A stretch of 64,000 nt of DNA from Microcoleaceae cyanobacterium (GCA_051652765.1 JBOFUV010000052.1:1-64000); one strand, 5' to 3'; positions 37,286-47,969 are shown, counted from the first letter of the stretch. The notes: generated from the sequence alone by a model not told the origin. Numbers and translations are program-made.

Positions 37286-39043
37286 CTAGATTTGTAAGGT
37301 GTGTAGGGTTGCAAACAGTCCCCGATTGTCGAGGAGTTGCCGGTGGGTTCCGACTTCAACAATTTGTCCTTTCTCAAGCACAATAATCCGGTCAGCCTGA
37401 CGAATGGTTGACAGCCGATGGGCCACCACAAAGGTGGTGCGATTTGTCATCAGGTGCTCTAGGGCAGCTTGAATCAAGGCTTCTGAAACGGTATCGAGGG
37501 CAGAAGTGGCTTCGTCGAGAATTAACACCCGTGGATCGCGAATCAGGGCACGGGCGATCGCGATTCGCTGTCGTTGGCCTCCGGAAAGCCGCACCCCGTT
37601 CTCGCCAATTTCCGTGTCCAGGGTATGGGGCAATTGGCAAATGAATTCCGCCGCATTGGCCTCTTGAATGGCTTGCTGAAGGCGGGCTTCACTGACGTTC
37701 TCTGACCCATATAGGATATTGTCCCGCACGGTGCCCTCAAACAAAATCGTTTCCTGGGAAACAACGGATAGAAATTGGCGATAGGTGCGTAAATCTAGGG
37801 TGTTCATATCAATGCCATCTAGGCGCATTACCCCAGCCGTTGGACGGAGAAAGCCAATGATTAAATTCAGCAAGGTTGATTTGCCTGACCCGGAAGGCCC
37901 AACGATCGCAATGGTTTCTCCAGGTTCAACCTGAAAGGAAAACTTCTGGACGGCCCACTGTTCAATCTCTGGATAGGAAAAACTGACAGATTCAAATTCA
38001 AAAGCTCCCTGCACTTCCTCAACCCGGCGTTTGCCTTCGTTGTGTTCCATATCGGGACTCTCCAACACTTCTCCAATGCTCCGCAGGGCTTCAAACCCTT
38101 TGCCAATCTGAGGCAACACAGTGAGAATTTGCACAACGGAACCGGTGAGGGAATCAAAGTATCCGGTCAATAGCACCACATCTCCGGGGGTAATGTTCCA
38201 TCTTCCGGTGTAGGCCAAAGTGGCGGAGGTGATCAAACACATCAGGTTAAAGGAGCGCAAGCTCATCCAGGCAGAGGCGTTGGCGATCGCGTTAATCGTA
38301 TCTAGCCGCACGCCCGACCGTTGTAGGGTTTTTAGTTTGGCTTCCGTGCGAATAATTTCCGTTTCTTCGGCTCCATGGGCACGGGTGACGGGAACCAACT
38401 TCAACATATCAATTAGGTAAGCCGAGGTAAGCTCCATGTGTTGGCGATAGTCCTGGTTTCTCACCCGAATTGGCCCCCGTAGCCGTCGAGTGAGGTACGC
38501 GCTCACAGGTACCGTTCCCACAAAAAACAGCAAAAACCAAGGAGCCCGCATTGCCGTTATAGTCACGGCAATGATGATCGTTAAAACCGTGGACGGCAGG
38601 AACTGAAACACATAGTTCGTCAGCATTGAGACGGATTCCACATCTCGCAATAGCTTATTTTGCAAAGCTCCAGAATTTTGCTGCTGGTGAAAGCCAATCG
38701 AGAGATATTGTAACTGGCGGGTGAGGGCAGATCGGAGGTTAAATTCCATTTGGTGAGTGGCTTCACTCAACAACCGAATGTGCAGGTAATGGGTTGGCAC
38801 ATTCTGTAAAATTGACACCGCCAAAATCGCTCCATTCCACCACAATTCTGACAGCGTGTGTTGCTCCGGACGGGCAATGATATCAATGATATTGGCAATC
38901 ACTAAGGGTCGAATCCACTCAGGACTGTGCTTGATAATGTAAAACACCACAGATAGCGCAATCCGAGGAACATCGTGGCGATAAAGTTGAATTAAAGTCC
39001 GAAACGGGCGATCGCTGCGGTAGTTCTGAACAAATTCATTCAT
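37286..39043 (-). CDS. ABC exporter, fused TMD + NBD
   Basis: [28 protein letters not shown]-terminal TM helices. Confidence 0.95.
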   Translation of the reverse strand: MNEFVQNYRSDRPFRTLIQLYRHDVPRIALSVVFYIIKHSPEWIRPLVIANIIDIIARPEQHTLSELWWNGAILAVSILQNVPTHYLHIRLLSEATHQMEFNLRSALTRQLQYLSIGFHQQQNSGALQNKLLRDVESVSMLTNYVFQFLPSTVLTIIIAVTITAMRAPWFLLFFVGTVPVSAYLTRRLRGPIRVRNQDYRQHMELTSAYLIDMLKLVPVTRAHGAEETEIIRTEAKLKTLQRSGVRLDTINAIANASAWMSLRSFNLMCLITSATLAYTGRWNITPGDVVLLTGYFDSLTGSVVQILTVLPQIGKGFEALRSIGEVLESPDMEHNEGKRRVEEVQGAFEFESVSFSYPEIEQWAVQKFSFQVEPGETIAIVGPSGSGKSTLLNLIIGFLRPTAGVMRLDGIDMNTLDLRTYRQFLSVVSQETILFEGTVRDNILYGSENVSEARLQQAIQEANAAEFICQLPHTLDTEIGENGVRLSGGQRQRIAIARALIRDPRVLILDEATSALDTVSEALIQAALEHLMTNRTTFVVAHRLSTIRQADRIIVLEKGQIVEVGTHRQLLDNRGLFATLHTLQI

Positions 39044-39241
39044 TGAGTTCGGGGGATTGAGTGGAGGACTGCACCGTTAACTCCAGAACCATAATTCTTG
39101 ATTCCTGAAACATATCGTGATCCAATTTAAGTCCAACTTTACGAGTGGGCTTGAACAATGTTCAGATATCTGCATAGGCTAAGATCTTTACTACAAGCGT
39201 TCAATCGGTCTTCATCGATTCAATGGGTTAGATGGATTAGG

Positions 39242-41326
39242 TTAAAATGGCACGTCATCATTACTACTTTTAGTCATCTTCTGCGACGGAGTAGACGGTT
39301 TGAAATTCAAGTGGGTAGTGGGGGAGTCTGAAGTGTGAACGTCACCCGATGCATCCACAATTTGCCCATCAAACATGGCAACCAGTCGTTGGGCTGCTTG
39401 AGCAACAACGTCAGCATCCGCTTGCAGTTGTGATTGTGAGTATTGTTCTGATGGGGGATCAACTTCAGGGTCTAATACCATAGACAGACTCTTCCCCTCG
39501 GGCTGTAGATTGGGGTGTAGATTGAGCTCGGGATTTTGTTCCGGCAAGGGATGCGTGTGAGAAGGTTCAACAGACTGACTGAACTGTTCTGGGGATATTG
39601 TTGGAGAAGGTTCTACCCGTTCTGAAGACTGTTCTGGAGGAGTGACAAAGCTTGGAGGACAACTTTCCCGAACCCGCTGCGTCGTGGACTTCGAGGTCAA
39701 CTTCGGGTCAGGAACATCTAGCAAAACTTTGACGGAACAGTTCAAGGCCCGTTGAAAGGCTTCTTCAACTTTGGTCGCTCGAACCATCCGAATTTTTTGC
39801 AGGTCATCAATTTCAATGTTAGCTACTTGGCCATTAAATCTCGCCAATCGACCATGCAATCGCAAAACGGTTTGAAGTGAACTAGACGCTTGAGCCAGAA
39901 CCTGTTGCCAAATAGATTCCAGGTCGTATTCCATCTCAGAGGTTAAGGTCGGGTCTAACGCTTGAACAAACTTTGATTCTGGTGTTGGCCATGGCGCAGT
40001 CACCGCAGGGTGTGAAGTCTTCACTTCAGGGGGTGAAGGAACCGTCGGCTGAAGCTGAACCTGAGGCTGAGCTTGAGGTTGAACCTTAGACTCAAGACTA
40101 GATTCAACTCCAGATTGGGACTCAAACGGTTCAGACTCTGGCTTCCCTGTCACCTGAGACCCTTGAACCCGAGAAGGTAAGGGCCGAACTGGCAACGCTT
40201 GAGGTTGAGCTGTCACTGATGAATGAACCGGAACCAGACTTGAAGGCAATAATCCCAACAACGTGACCTCTAGCCACAATCGGGGTTGAGTTGTATTTTT
40301 GATCTGTACTTCACTGCTGCGTAAATGTTGCTGACCCTTGAGCATAATTTGAGTCTCCCAAACCTGGGAAAAGTCACACAATTCCTTCCAAGTGGGTGGA
40401 GTCAGTCTGACTAAATCTCCTCGACTGGGAGCCGTTTTTGCAATCAGTAAATCCCGATAAAACTCTGCTAAGTTTTGCAGCAGAACAATCGGTTCTCGAC
40501 CGCGATCCAAGAGTTGACGAGTACAGTCCAAAACCGCCGTAGGGTTTTCGCTGGCGATCACTCTCAATAATTCCATCAAGTCTCGTTCTGGAATGATTCC
40601 CACCAAATCCCAAACTTTTTCTACGGTAACTTCTTCCTCAAACAGACTCAATTGATCTAATAAACTTTCGGCATCTCGCAATCCTCCCTGGGCAATTTGA
40701 GCGACCATTTGAATGGCTTCAGGGGTAATTCTAATCGTTTCTTTCTGAGCAATATCCTGTAAATGATTGATCATTGGATTCAGGGGAATTCGACAGAAAT
40801 CAAACTTTTGACAGCGAGAAATAATAGTCGGTAAAACCCGTTGTAAATCAGTGGTTGCCAGGACAAAAACAATCCGATCAGGGGGCTCCTCCAAGGTTTT
40901 TAAGAGAGCATTAAAAGCTGCCGTACTCAGCATGTGACATTCGTCAATCACATACACTTTATATCGACATTGAACAGGGGCAAATTGAGCGCGTTCAATC
41001 AGATCTCGAATGTTGTCTACCCCTGTATTGCTCGCAGCATCAATTTCAATCACATCCAGGGCCGAACCGTTGACAATCCCTCGGCAGACTTCGCACTCGC
41101 CGCAGGGGTATTCCGTGGGGCGATCGCTCTTGAGGCAGTTTAGAGACTTTGCCAAGATCCGGGCACTGGAGGTTTTTCCCGTTCCCCGTGGCCCAGTGAA
41201 CAAATAGGCTGGGGCAATCCGATTGGTGTTCAAAGCGCTGATCAATGTTGCGGCGATCGCGTCTTGACCGACAAGTTGTGCAAAGGTTTGGGGGCGATAC
41301 TTGTGATGGAGAGGTTCGTAGGCCAC
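39242..41326 (-). CDS. dnaX: DNA polymerase III subunit gamma/tau
   Basis: 'KYRPQTF', GPRGTGKTS, CGECEVC, 'EIDAASN', 'IDECHMLS..AFNALLKTLEEPP', SRC. Confidence 0.97.
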   Translation of the reverse strand: MAYEPLHHKYRPQTFAQLVGQDAIAATLISALNTNRIAPAYLFTGPRGTGKTSSARILAKSLNCLKSDRPTEYPCGECEVCRGIVNGSALDVIEIDAASNTGVDNIRDLIERAQFAPVQCRYKVYVIDECHMLSTAAFNALLKTLEEPPDRIVFVLATTDLQRVLPTIISRCQKFDFCRIPLNPMINHLQDIAQKETIRITPEAIQMVAQIAQGGLRDAESLLDQLSLFEEEVTVEKVWDLVGIIPERDLMELLRVIASENPTAVLDCTRQLLDRGREPIVLLQNLAEFYRDLLIAKTAPSRGDLVRLTPPTWKELCDFSQVWETQIMLKGQQHLRSSEVQIKNTTQPRLWLEVTLLGLLPSSLVPVHSSVTAQPQALPVRPLPSRVQGSQVTGKPESEPFESQSGVESSLESKVQPQAQPQVQLQPTVPSPPEVKTSHPAVTAPWPTPESKFVQALDPTLTSEMEYDLESIWQQVLAQASSSLQTVLRLHGRLARFNGQVANIEIDDLQKIRMVRATKVEEAFQRALNCSVKVLLDVPDPKLTSKSTTQRVRESCPPSFVTPPEQSSERVEPSPTISPEQFSQSVEPSHTHPLPEQNPELNLHPNLQPEGKSLSMVLDPEVDPPSEQYSQSQLQADADVVAQAAQRLVAMFDGQIVDASGDVHTSDSPTTHLNFKPSTPSQKMTKSSNDDVPF

Positions 41327-41634
41327 AGTTCAGATCGGCTTTGGACAACGAATCTATGATAGCGTAGTTAGAAGTCTGTTCTGACCTTGGCTAAGGGCTT
41401 GAGCCCCCTGTGAATCTTGAAACCAAGACTGAAATTGGGAAAATCAAGTCAAATCTCTGGAAAGGTCAGATTACAATAAACTTGAGACAAAGCTAGAATT
41501 CATCTAGGTCGATAGATTGATTTGATAGATTGAGTTAGGTTACTTGGCTTGGGCCAGGATAGAAATAGTTCACTCCCCTTGAGTTTGATCTCCAGAACCC
41601 GGTACGATCTGCCGTTTTTTTTCAGTGAAGGCTT

Positions 41635-42474
41635 ATGGCTGTCCCCATATTCTTGACAGAACCCCAACTTGCCCAAACCCCTACCAGTCCAAGCTTGGGG
41701 CTACCGAAGTCTCTCCCTCCTGAGACCATTTGGATGGGCGCGTCAGGGCTGTTATTGCTGTTGCTCCTTCTATCTTCCCTGCTCTTTAATGCTAAGAGTC
41801 AGAAAATGACTAAAGAGCTAAAGAAAGAAGTCTTTAGAAACAAAGAGTTAGAAAAAAAATATAAACTTGCCCTCTCCACGATTTCAAAAATGGAGAAGAA
41901 TCCTGATTTAATTCACTCTCGGGATTTCAACTTAGATTATCTCAGAATGCGAATGGCAGAGGATGTTTTCCATTACGCAATTCTGGTGCAGATCAAAATG
42001 AAAGTAAAACAACAAATTGCTCTAGCCCTTCGACCCAAGCAAGTTGCCGTTGGAGAGGAACCTACTGCTGGAACGGCTCGCCAAGTTGACTCGACGTTTG
42101 ATGTAGAGTATGAAACTGGGGAAGGATCAATCACAAAGAAGCGAGTTTTATTTCGCATCCAGATTCGGTTGATGAGGTTGCCAACGCAATCAACCTCGAA
42201 GACAATTGATCAGATTATTGACTGTCTCGAAACCTATCTCAGCCCTTCAGAAGATCATGACACCTGGCAACCCACCATTCAGGGAAGATTAGCCAGTATT
42301 AAGTGGGATCAAAAAGCCAAACCAACGCCCATGTTAGTTCTAGAGCAATCCAATGAGGGGATGAATGTGACGTTAAAAGTCACTCGTCAAACGCCGGGTA
42401 CTGATCTGATTGATCCAAAAGACATACCGTCTGGACAAGCTAAACCCCACAACCCAGGCAAGACTCACGGCTGA
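41635..42474 (+). CDS. hypothetical membrane-anchored protein (TM + coiled coil + globular domain)
   Basis: 279-aa ORF, Leu-rich TM, Lys/Glu coiled-coil segment. Confidence 0.7.
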   Translation: MAVPIFLTEPQLAQTPTSPSLGLPKSLPPETIWMGASGLLLLLLLLSSLLFNAKSQKMTKELKKEVFRNKELEKKYKLALSTISKMEKNPDLIHSRDFNLDYLRMRMAEDVFHYAILVQIKMKVKQQIALALRPKQVAVGEEPTAGTARQVDSTFDVEYETGEGSITKKRVLFRIQIRLMRLPTQSTSKTIDQIIDCLETYLSPSEDHDTWQPTIQGRLASIKWDQKAKPTPMLVLEQSNEGMNVTLKVTRQTPGTDLIDPKDIPSGQAKPHNPGKTHG

Positions 42475-42704
42475 TCCTCTTGTTCTCCCAACCTTGTGGG
42501 AACCGGATCATAACCTCCTGGGTGAAAGGGATGACATCTCAAGATCCGCTCAACGCCTAGCCGCCCACCCCGTAGAGCCCCAAATCGATCAATCGCTTCT
42601 ATCATATATTCCGAGCAAGTCGGGTGAAAGCGACAAGCACGAGGCAACAGCGGAGAAATAAACAGCTTATAGCCTCGAATCGGCAGAATAAACACCTGTT
42701 TCAT
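42465..42704 (-). CDS. yidD: membrane protein insertion efficiency factor YidD
   Basis: 'ISPLLP.ACRF.PTCS.Y', '[17 protein letters not shown]'. Confidence 0.95.
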   Translation of the reverse strand: MKQVFILPIRGYKLFISPLLPRACRFHPTCSEYMIEAIDRFGALRGGRLGVERILRCHPFHPGGYDPVPTRLGEQEDQP

Positions 42705-42712
42705 CGTAGAAC

Positions 42713-43924
42713 TCAGGATAAAAACTTCTCCACACAGCGAACAAACAGCTCTACCCCCATCGCTAGGGCAGTTTCATCAAAGTCAAAACAGGGATGATGA
42801 TGGGGATAGGCCAGATTTTTCTCAACATTGGCTGAACCCAGGAAGAAGTAACAACCAGGAACTTGTTGAAGGAAAAAAGCCATATCCTCTCCTCCCATGG
42901 TTTGACAGTCTGGAACAATTCCCGCAGGAGTTTCAACGACTGTTTCAGCCACACTCTGCACTAAATTTGCCATCTGAGCATTGTTGACTAACGGCGGATA
43001 CAAGGAACGGTAATTGAGGTCATAAGTTGCCCCATAGGTCTGACAAATTCCAGCAATTATCTGCTCAATCCGTTGATGGAAAAAGCCTTCATAACTTGGA
43101 TCAAAATAGCGAACCGTTCCTTCCATGGTCGCTTTTCCTGGAATCACATTATGAGCATGTCCAGCATGGAGCGAACCTACGGTCACAACCGCAGACTGAA
43201 TCGGGTTGACATTACGACTCACAATACTTTGGAGCGCAGTGATAATTTGAGCTGCAACAACAATCGGATCAACCGTTTGATGAGGCATCGCACCATGACC
43301 ACCCTTACCCAAAATCGTGCATTCAAACTGTTCCACCGCAGCCATCAGGGCCCCAGTTCGAACACCTACGGTTCCCAAGGGCAAGTTATTCCATAGATGC
43401 AGACCAATAATGGCATCGACATCAGGATTTCTCAAGACTCCCGCTGCAATCATCGGCTTAGCTCCCCCCGGCCCTTCTTCCGCAGGCTGAAAGATGAACT
43501 TCACCGTGCCTTTGAAGTGCTGTCGATGGTTCGCTAAATAATGGGCAGTTCCGAGGGCGATCGCCGTATGACCATCATGGCCACAGGCGTGCATCACCCC
43601 ATCGTGCAGCGACTTGTAAGGAACTTCGTTCTCTTCCTGAATCGGCAAGGCATCCATATCAGCCCGAATTGCCAGCACAGGCCCTGGTTGAACCCCTTCA
43701 ATCGTAGCAACAATGCCCGTTTGAGCAACGCCCGCTTGAAAATCAATCCCCCATTGACTGAGGTGATGAGCCACAAACTCAGCCGTCAACTTTTCCTGAA
43801 AGGCGAGTTCAGGACGTTGGTGCAACTGACGTCGCCAATACACCAGCCGAGGGTGCAAATCGCGAATGCCTAAACGAATTTGACTCAGATTAACTGAACT
43901 GTTCAGGGGAAGAGTAGAAGTCAT
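42713..43924 (-). CDS. M20 amidohydrolase (N-acyl-L-amino acid amidohydrolase/hippuricase-like)
   Basis: '[10 protein letters not shown]', 'RADMDALP', 'MHACGHDGH', 'FQPAEEG', GGHGA, 'GEDMAF'. Confidence 0.93.
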   Translation of the reverse strand: MTSTLPLNSSVNLSQIRLGIRDLHPRLVYWRRQLHQRPELAFQEKLTAEFVAHHLSQWGIDFQAGVAQTGIVATIEGVQPGPVLAIRADMDALPIQEENEVPYKSLHDGVMHACGHDGHTAIALGTAHYLANHRQHFKGTVKFIFQPAEEGPGGAKPMIAAGVLRNPDVDAIIGLHLWNNLPLGTVGVRTGALMAAVEQFECTILGKGGHGAMPHQTVDPIVVAAQIITALQSIVSRNVNPIQSAVVTVGSLHAGHAHNVIPGKATMEGTVRYFDPSYEGFFHQRIEQIIAGICQTYGATYDLNYRSLYPPLVNNAQMANLVQSVAETVVETPAGIVPDCQTMGGEDMAFFLQQVPGCYFFLGSANVEKNLAYPHHHPCFDFDETALAMGVELFVRCVEKFLS

Positions 43925-44022
43925 CGTAACGCATTTAGTCCCTAGCAACAAAAGGCTAAGTGTGACTCAGCCTTTTATATTATGAGCATTATTTCTCATC
44001 CCAGCCAACAGCTTGATATCAC

Positions 44023-44697
44023 TCAATCATAGGGCAAGGGATCTTGAAGGCCCAGTTCTGCAAACGCAGCCAGTCGCAGCCGACAGGAGTCACAAATCCC
44101 ACAGGCTTTTTCTGATCCAGCATAACAAGACCAAGTTAGTTCCCAGGGAACATTCAATTGATTGCCAAGCTGAATAATTTCTGTCTTCTTGAGCTGAATT
44201 AAAGGTGCGTGAATCTCAATCGCGTCTCCCTCCCGCCCCTGTTTTGTCCCCAGGCAAAAGACTTCCTGCATAGCTTGAATGTAGTCAGGACGACAATCTG
44301 GATAGCCAGAGTAATCCAATGCATTCACCCCAATGTAAACTCGGCTGGCGGCCAACGCTTCTGCATAGGCGAGGGCAAAGCTTAGAAAGATCGTGTTGCG
44401 GGCGGGAACGTAAGTCAGTGGAATAGTTTGAGCCATTTCATCTAAAGAGCGATCGCTAGGCAACTCAATCTGGTTGTCTGTGAGCGCAGATCCACCCCAG
44501 AGCCTTAGGTCAAAGTTGATCATCTGATGTTCTGCAACTTCGGCCCTCTGAGCCAGCTTTGTTGCAGAGTCCAGTTCTCGCTGATGGCGCTGTTGGTAGT
44601 CAAACGAGAGAGCGTAACAGATGCAACCCTCGGCTTTTGCTTGGAACAAGACCGTGGAGGAATCCAGACCCCCTGACAACAAGATAACCGCTTTCAC
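44023..44697 (-). CDS. queC: 7-cyano-7-deazaguanine synthase
   Basis: SGGLDS, 'TYVPARNTIFL', 'SGYPDCR', 'TWSCY...CGICDSC'. Confidence 0.97.
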   Translation of the reverse strand: MKAVILLSGGLDSSTVLFQAKAEGCICYALSFDYQQRHQRELDSATKLAQRAEVAEHQMINFDLRLWGGSALTDNQIELPSDRSLDEMAQTIPLTYVPARNTIFLSFALAYAEALAASRVYIGVNALDYSGYPDCRPDYIQAMQEVFCLGTKQGREGDAIEIHAPLIQLKKTEIIQLGNQLNVPWELTWSCYAGSEKACGICDSCRLRLAAFAELGLQDPLPYD

Positions 44698-44769
44698 AAT
44701 CGAGATTTTGCAGAAACTTTACAGAGAAAATTGATGTTCGCTATTCTATTCGTATTGATTGTAATATTT

Positions 44770-44815
44770 TTCTTAAAAAAACAGTTCTTAAAAAGCAGTT
44801 CTTAAAAAGCAGTTC
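44770..44815 (+). repeat. 14-15 bp tandem repeat TTCTTAAAAAGCAG x3 upstream of queC
   Basis: Directly visible tandem units. Confidence 0.85.
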
Positions 44816-45147
44816 CCGAGAAGACACTTTCTGAAAAGATTTGTAAAGAACCAAGACCTAACGTTACAGTTCAAGACTTTTAAGTAAAAATACCGAGAAA
44901 AAATCCATTTGTTTTTGTCCTGAAAAAAATCAATAATCTGGGGAGAGTTTTCGTCTCAGCAAGACTTTCAGGGTTTGGATTTCGTCAAGGTTGATTCGTC
45001 TCTCCCTCAACTTTAAGGTTTCCTAAACCTAATTAATTAATGTCAAGTTTGCAAACATAACTTTATGTTTAACCTCAACAAATTTCGTTAAACTAGAGAT
45101 AAGACACGCAAACGTGTTGAGGCATTATTATTTGGCATTACTATTTT

Positions 45148-45678
45148 ATGATTTCATCCTCTGAAGCTAGATCTCATTCTGAATTTCAGACCAGTCGCTG
45201 GCTGGTCATTATTTTGGGAACTCTAGCATTTTGGATTGGCGGTAGCTTGATTTTGGATTTCGTTGTGATGCCTAGTATGTACGTTACAGGTATGATGACC
45301 CAATCTGATTTTGTCTCTGCAGGCTCCTTTATGTTCTCTTGGTTTAACCGAGTTGAAGTTCTCTGTGCGGCAATAGGGTTAACCGGTGCGCTGGCATTAG
45401 GCACGATATTACCCGAGGGCTTTAGCAATCGGGTTCGGACAATTCTAATCCTGTCTCTGTTTTTATTCGCAGTGACCTTGATTTATACCTACAGTTTGAC
45501 CCCTCAAATGGCAAGTTTAGGTCTGTCACTTGATCTGTTTGAAAACAGTGCCGTCCTTCCTGAAGGCATGAACCAACTGCATTTCCAATACTGGAGCTTA
45601 GAAATGCTAAAGCTTTTGTCGGCTGGAGCCATTGCAGCTTGGTGTTTGAGAAACTTTAAGCTGGCTACAACCTGGTAG
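45148..45678 (+). CDS. DUF4149 domain membrane protein
   Basis: Four hydrophobic helices, 'LD.VVMP..Y..GMM', 'FNRVE', 'LTPQM', 'MN.LH..YW.LE..KL'. Confidence 0.75.
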   Translation: MISSSEARSHSEFQTSRWLVIILGTLAFWIGGSLILDFVVMPSMYVTGMMTQSDFVSAGSFMFSWFNRVEVLCAAIGLTGALALGTILPEGFSNRVRTILILSLFLFAVTLIYTYSLTPQMASLGLSLDLFENSAVLPEGMNQLHFQYWSLEMLKLLSAGAIAAWCLRNFKLATTW

Positions 45679-45786
45679 TTTATTTGCTGCTTTGCCTGCT
45701 CTGCTATCGGGGGTGTTGGAGAACTGCACCCACACCCTCTTAAAGCCCACGGGCTTGGGCTTTAAGAGGGGCAGGACAATAAATTT

Positions 45787-45837
45787 GCTCTCCCAGTCTG
45801 TTGAGGTCTTTGCCTGAGGACATGGGAGAGCGTTTTT
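45787..45837 (+). terminator. intrinsic terminator-like hairpin
   Basis: GCTCTCCCA...TGGGAGAGC followed by GTTTTT. Confidence 0.55.
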
Positions 45838-45918
45838 ATCTCTAATCTTTTATCTCTAGTATCTACTTTCTTGTCAGATTGATCTGGAATCAACTCAACT
45901 GAAAAAGATGTTGACCCA

Positions 45919-46107
45919 CTAGATTCCTTGCCGAGATGCTAGCTTTTCCAAGTGAGCTTGGGTTTGCTGGAGAAGTTGATCACGACTATCCTTAATTTGA
46001 ATCAGAGAGGGAACTAAGTTACGAGCTTGTAGTGTCATGTGAAGCTGAAGATCAGCGACGTACTCGCTAACTCCGTGAGAGAAGGAATGAGTTAAATTCT
46101 GGTTCAT
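45919..46107 (-). CDS. small helical hypothetical protein (62 aa)
   Basis: ATG-started ORF filling the gap between oppositely oriented genes; 'SEYVADLQLHMTLQARNLVP' looks like a conserved cyanobacterial motif (from recall). Confidence 0.65.
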   Translation of the reverse strand: MNQNLTHSFSHGVSEYVADLQLHMTLQARNLVPSLIQIKDSRDQLLQQTQAHLEKLASRQGI

Positions 46108-46232
46108 TTCTGAAGGTAAAGCTCTACGCTTTATGTAAAGTTGCAGTACTTACGGTTCCCTGTAACAGGCTATCACACCCGCCCTATGCCTTCGCCGCCT
46201 CGTAATGAACTTTAACCCGGACTCAAACTTTG

Positions 46233-46250
46233 TTTACATTCTGTTACAGG
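46233..46250 (+). promoter_or_regulatory. HLR1-like (RpaB) direct repeat
   Basis: TTTACATT-CT-GTTACAGG versus consensus (G/T)TTACA(T/A)(T/A)-N2-(G/T)TTACA(T/A)(T/A). Confidence 0.5.
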
Positions 46251-46426
46251 CGGCAGTGAACCGTTTAGGAACGTCTTGAGTTTGCTGCATTGACCCTGAA
46301 GTAATGCTACTGGTTCGATGGAGTTTGGGTAATCCGAACTTCAACCCAATCTCTGGCAACTGTTAGACACGCTATCCTAAAACTTATACTGTAGAACAAT
46401 AGTATTTATCATCCTAAACCCGACCT

Positions 46427-47029
46427 ATGGCTGCGCTGGGCAATCAATTTAATCAGTTTCTCGGCAAGACTCGACTGATGGTCTGTCGGATTTTTCTGCA
46501 CTTGGGAGGGGCTGAGGTTGCTCCCTTGTTGGGCATCCTCAATCAAGTTGCTCGAAGTTCAATCGAGTCCGAGGGAGATCTGAAAGTTTTAGGGGAAGGA
46601 TTGGTTGAAATCAGCCAAAACTTGCTGCAATATAACCTCTATTGGCGCTCGGCAGCAAATGAGGGAGATGTCCTGTGGAACGAAGATGAGGCGGCTGACT
46701 ATGTAGATGAACTGTTTACTGACTCTGCCCAGCGTTATCTCAGTCAACCGAGTTTCACCCCTGAAGAGGACGAAGATGAACTGCTTTCTCTCCCCGCTAC
46801 ACAAAATTTAGTTGTCATGCTTACAATAGCTTGTGAGGGAGAGGCTCCCAGCTTGGAAGCTGATTTGACCGGCTTAGAAGCGATGGAAGCAGCTTTACAA
46901 GCGTTGATTACATTACACTATCAGGAACGGCTGAGAGCCATTCAGATTCACTTCTCTCCAGCTCAGTTCGGGGATGAATTGACGGAAGATCAACTTTTGC
47001 TCAATTTTCCTGAACTGGTTCCACTTTAG
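46427..47029 (+). CDS. DUF1517 domain protein
   Basis: 'GL.EI...LL....YW..AANEG', 'Y..EL....', 'W/F.P...GD.LT.D.LL..FP.L..L' pattern. Confidence 0.75.
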   Translation: MAALGNQFNQFLGKTRLMVCRIFLHLGGAEVAPLLGILNQVARSSIESEGDLKVLGEGLVEISQNLLQYNLYWRSAANEGDVLWNEDEAADYVDELFTDSAQRYLSQPSFTPEEDEDELLSLPATQNLVVMLTIACEGEAPSLEADLTGLEAMEAALQALITLHYQERLRAIQIHFSPAQFGDELTEDQLLLNFPELVPL

Positions 47030-47088
47030 TCAGCCAACCTAGAAAACCAAATTACCCAGCACTGATAGTTAATTCCTAATAAGGCAAT

Positions 47089-47964
47089 ATGCTTCGAAAA
47101 TTCACTATTCTTGTTCTGTCTCTGGCCTTGTGCTGGACAAGCTTTTCTTGTAGTTCCCCAAGTGGAATGACAGCCAATCAAACTCAGACCAAAACCCCTG
47201 ATCAACTTACCAATCCCATTGCCAATTCCAACTCGGTCAGCCCAGGAGAGTATTCTCTGCAACAAGCCGAATACGATGATGCAACAGGAGAATATACACT
47301 GATGTTGTTAGGCAGCACGCCACCGATTTATCGGACTGTAGATCTCCAAATGGCTCGACTGACCGATGAGGAGCTTCAGGCTGGAAAACAGAGTTATGTA
47401 ACGATCAACGGAGATCAGGCCGTTCTACACCTGGCAGAAGATTTTAAGATTGGCTACGTCCATAACGTCACTGAAAACCAGGTTGATCCCCAAACTGGAC
47501 AAACTGAGACCGTCGTTGTGCGGCGAGAGTCCAACTTCTGGAGTCCCTTTGCTGGGTCTCTTGCTGGAACAGTGATCGCCAACTCTTTGTTCGCACCCCG
47601 TTATTATATTCCTCCAGTCTATCAATCTGGTGGACGCTTAGTGGGCTATGGCGGCTATGGCAACTCCTACGGCGGCGCAGTTGATAATTACCGCTCTCGC
47701 AACAACGCTCCTCCGGCTGCAGTGAAGAACCGTCAAGTGCTGCGGACAACCGGTGCAGTTCGTTCTCCATCGACTTCAACTTCGCCTCAGCGCAAGACAA
47801 CAAATCGTTCAACCGGTTCAGGCGTGGGTTCCAGTGATCTGCGAAAGCCTAGTCAGACCACGCGCCCAACTCAAACGGCCAAGCCACGATCACCCAGCTT
47901 TGGTAGCAGTGGGACGACTCGTCGGCGACCCTCCTATAGTGGCGGCGGCAGACGGCGGCGTTAA
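47089..47964 (+). CDS. putative lipoprotein with Gly/Ser/Arg-rich low-complexity tail
   Basis: Signal peptide ending in a lipobox-like 'SFSC'; 'FWSPFAG', 'GYGGYG'; basic tail 'SFGSSG...GGGRRRR'. Confidence 0.75.
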   Translation: MLRKFTILVLSLALCWTSFSCSSPSGMTANQTQTKTPDQLTNPIANSNSVSPGEYSLQQAEYDDATGEYTLMLLGSTPPIYRTVDLQMARLTDEELQAGKQSYVTINGDQAVLHLAEDFKIGYVHNVTENQVDPQTGQTETVVVRRESNFWSPFAGSLAGTVIANSLFAPRYYIPPVYQSGGRLVGYGGYGNSYGGAVDNYRSRNNAPPAAVKNRQVLRTTGAVRSPSTSTSPQRKTTNRSTGSGVGSSDLRKPSQTTRPTQTAKPRSPSFGSSGTTRRRPSYSGGGRRRR

Positions 47965-47969
47965 GTTTC

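Noticed and set aside
39242..41326. Intein in dnaX
   Set aside because: The IDECHMLS site is uninterrupted; the extra length is a Pro/Ser/Gln linker
44698..45147. preQ1 riboswitch upstream of queC
   Set aside because: No preQ1 stem-loop plus A-rich tail seen on the minus strand; only tandem repeats
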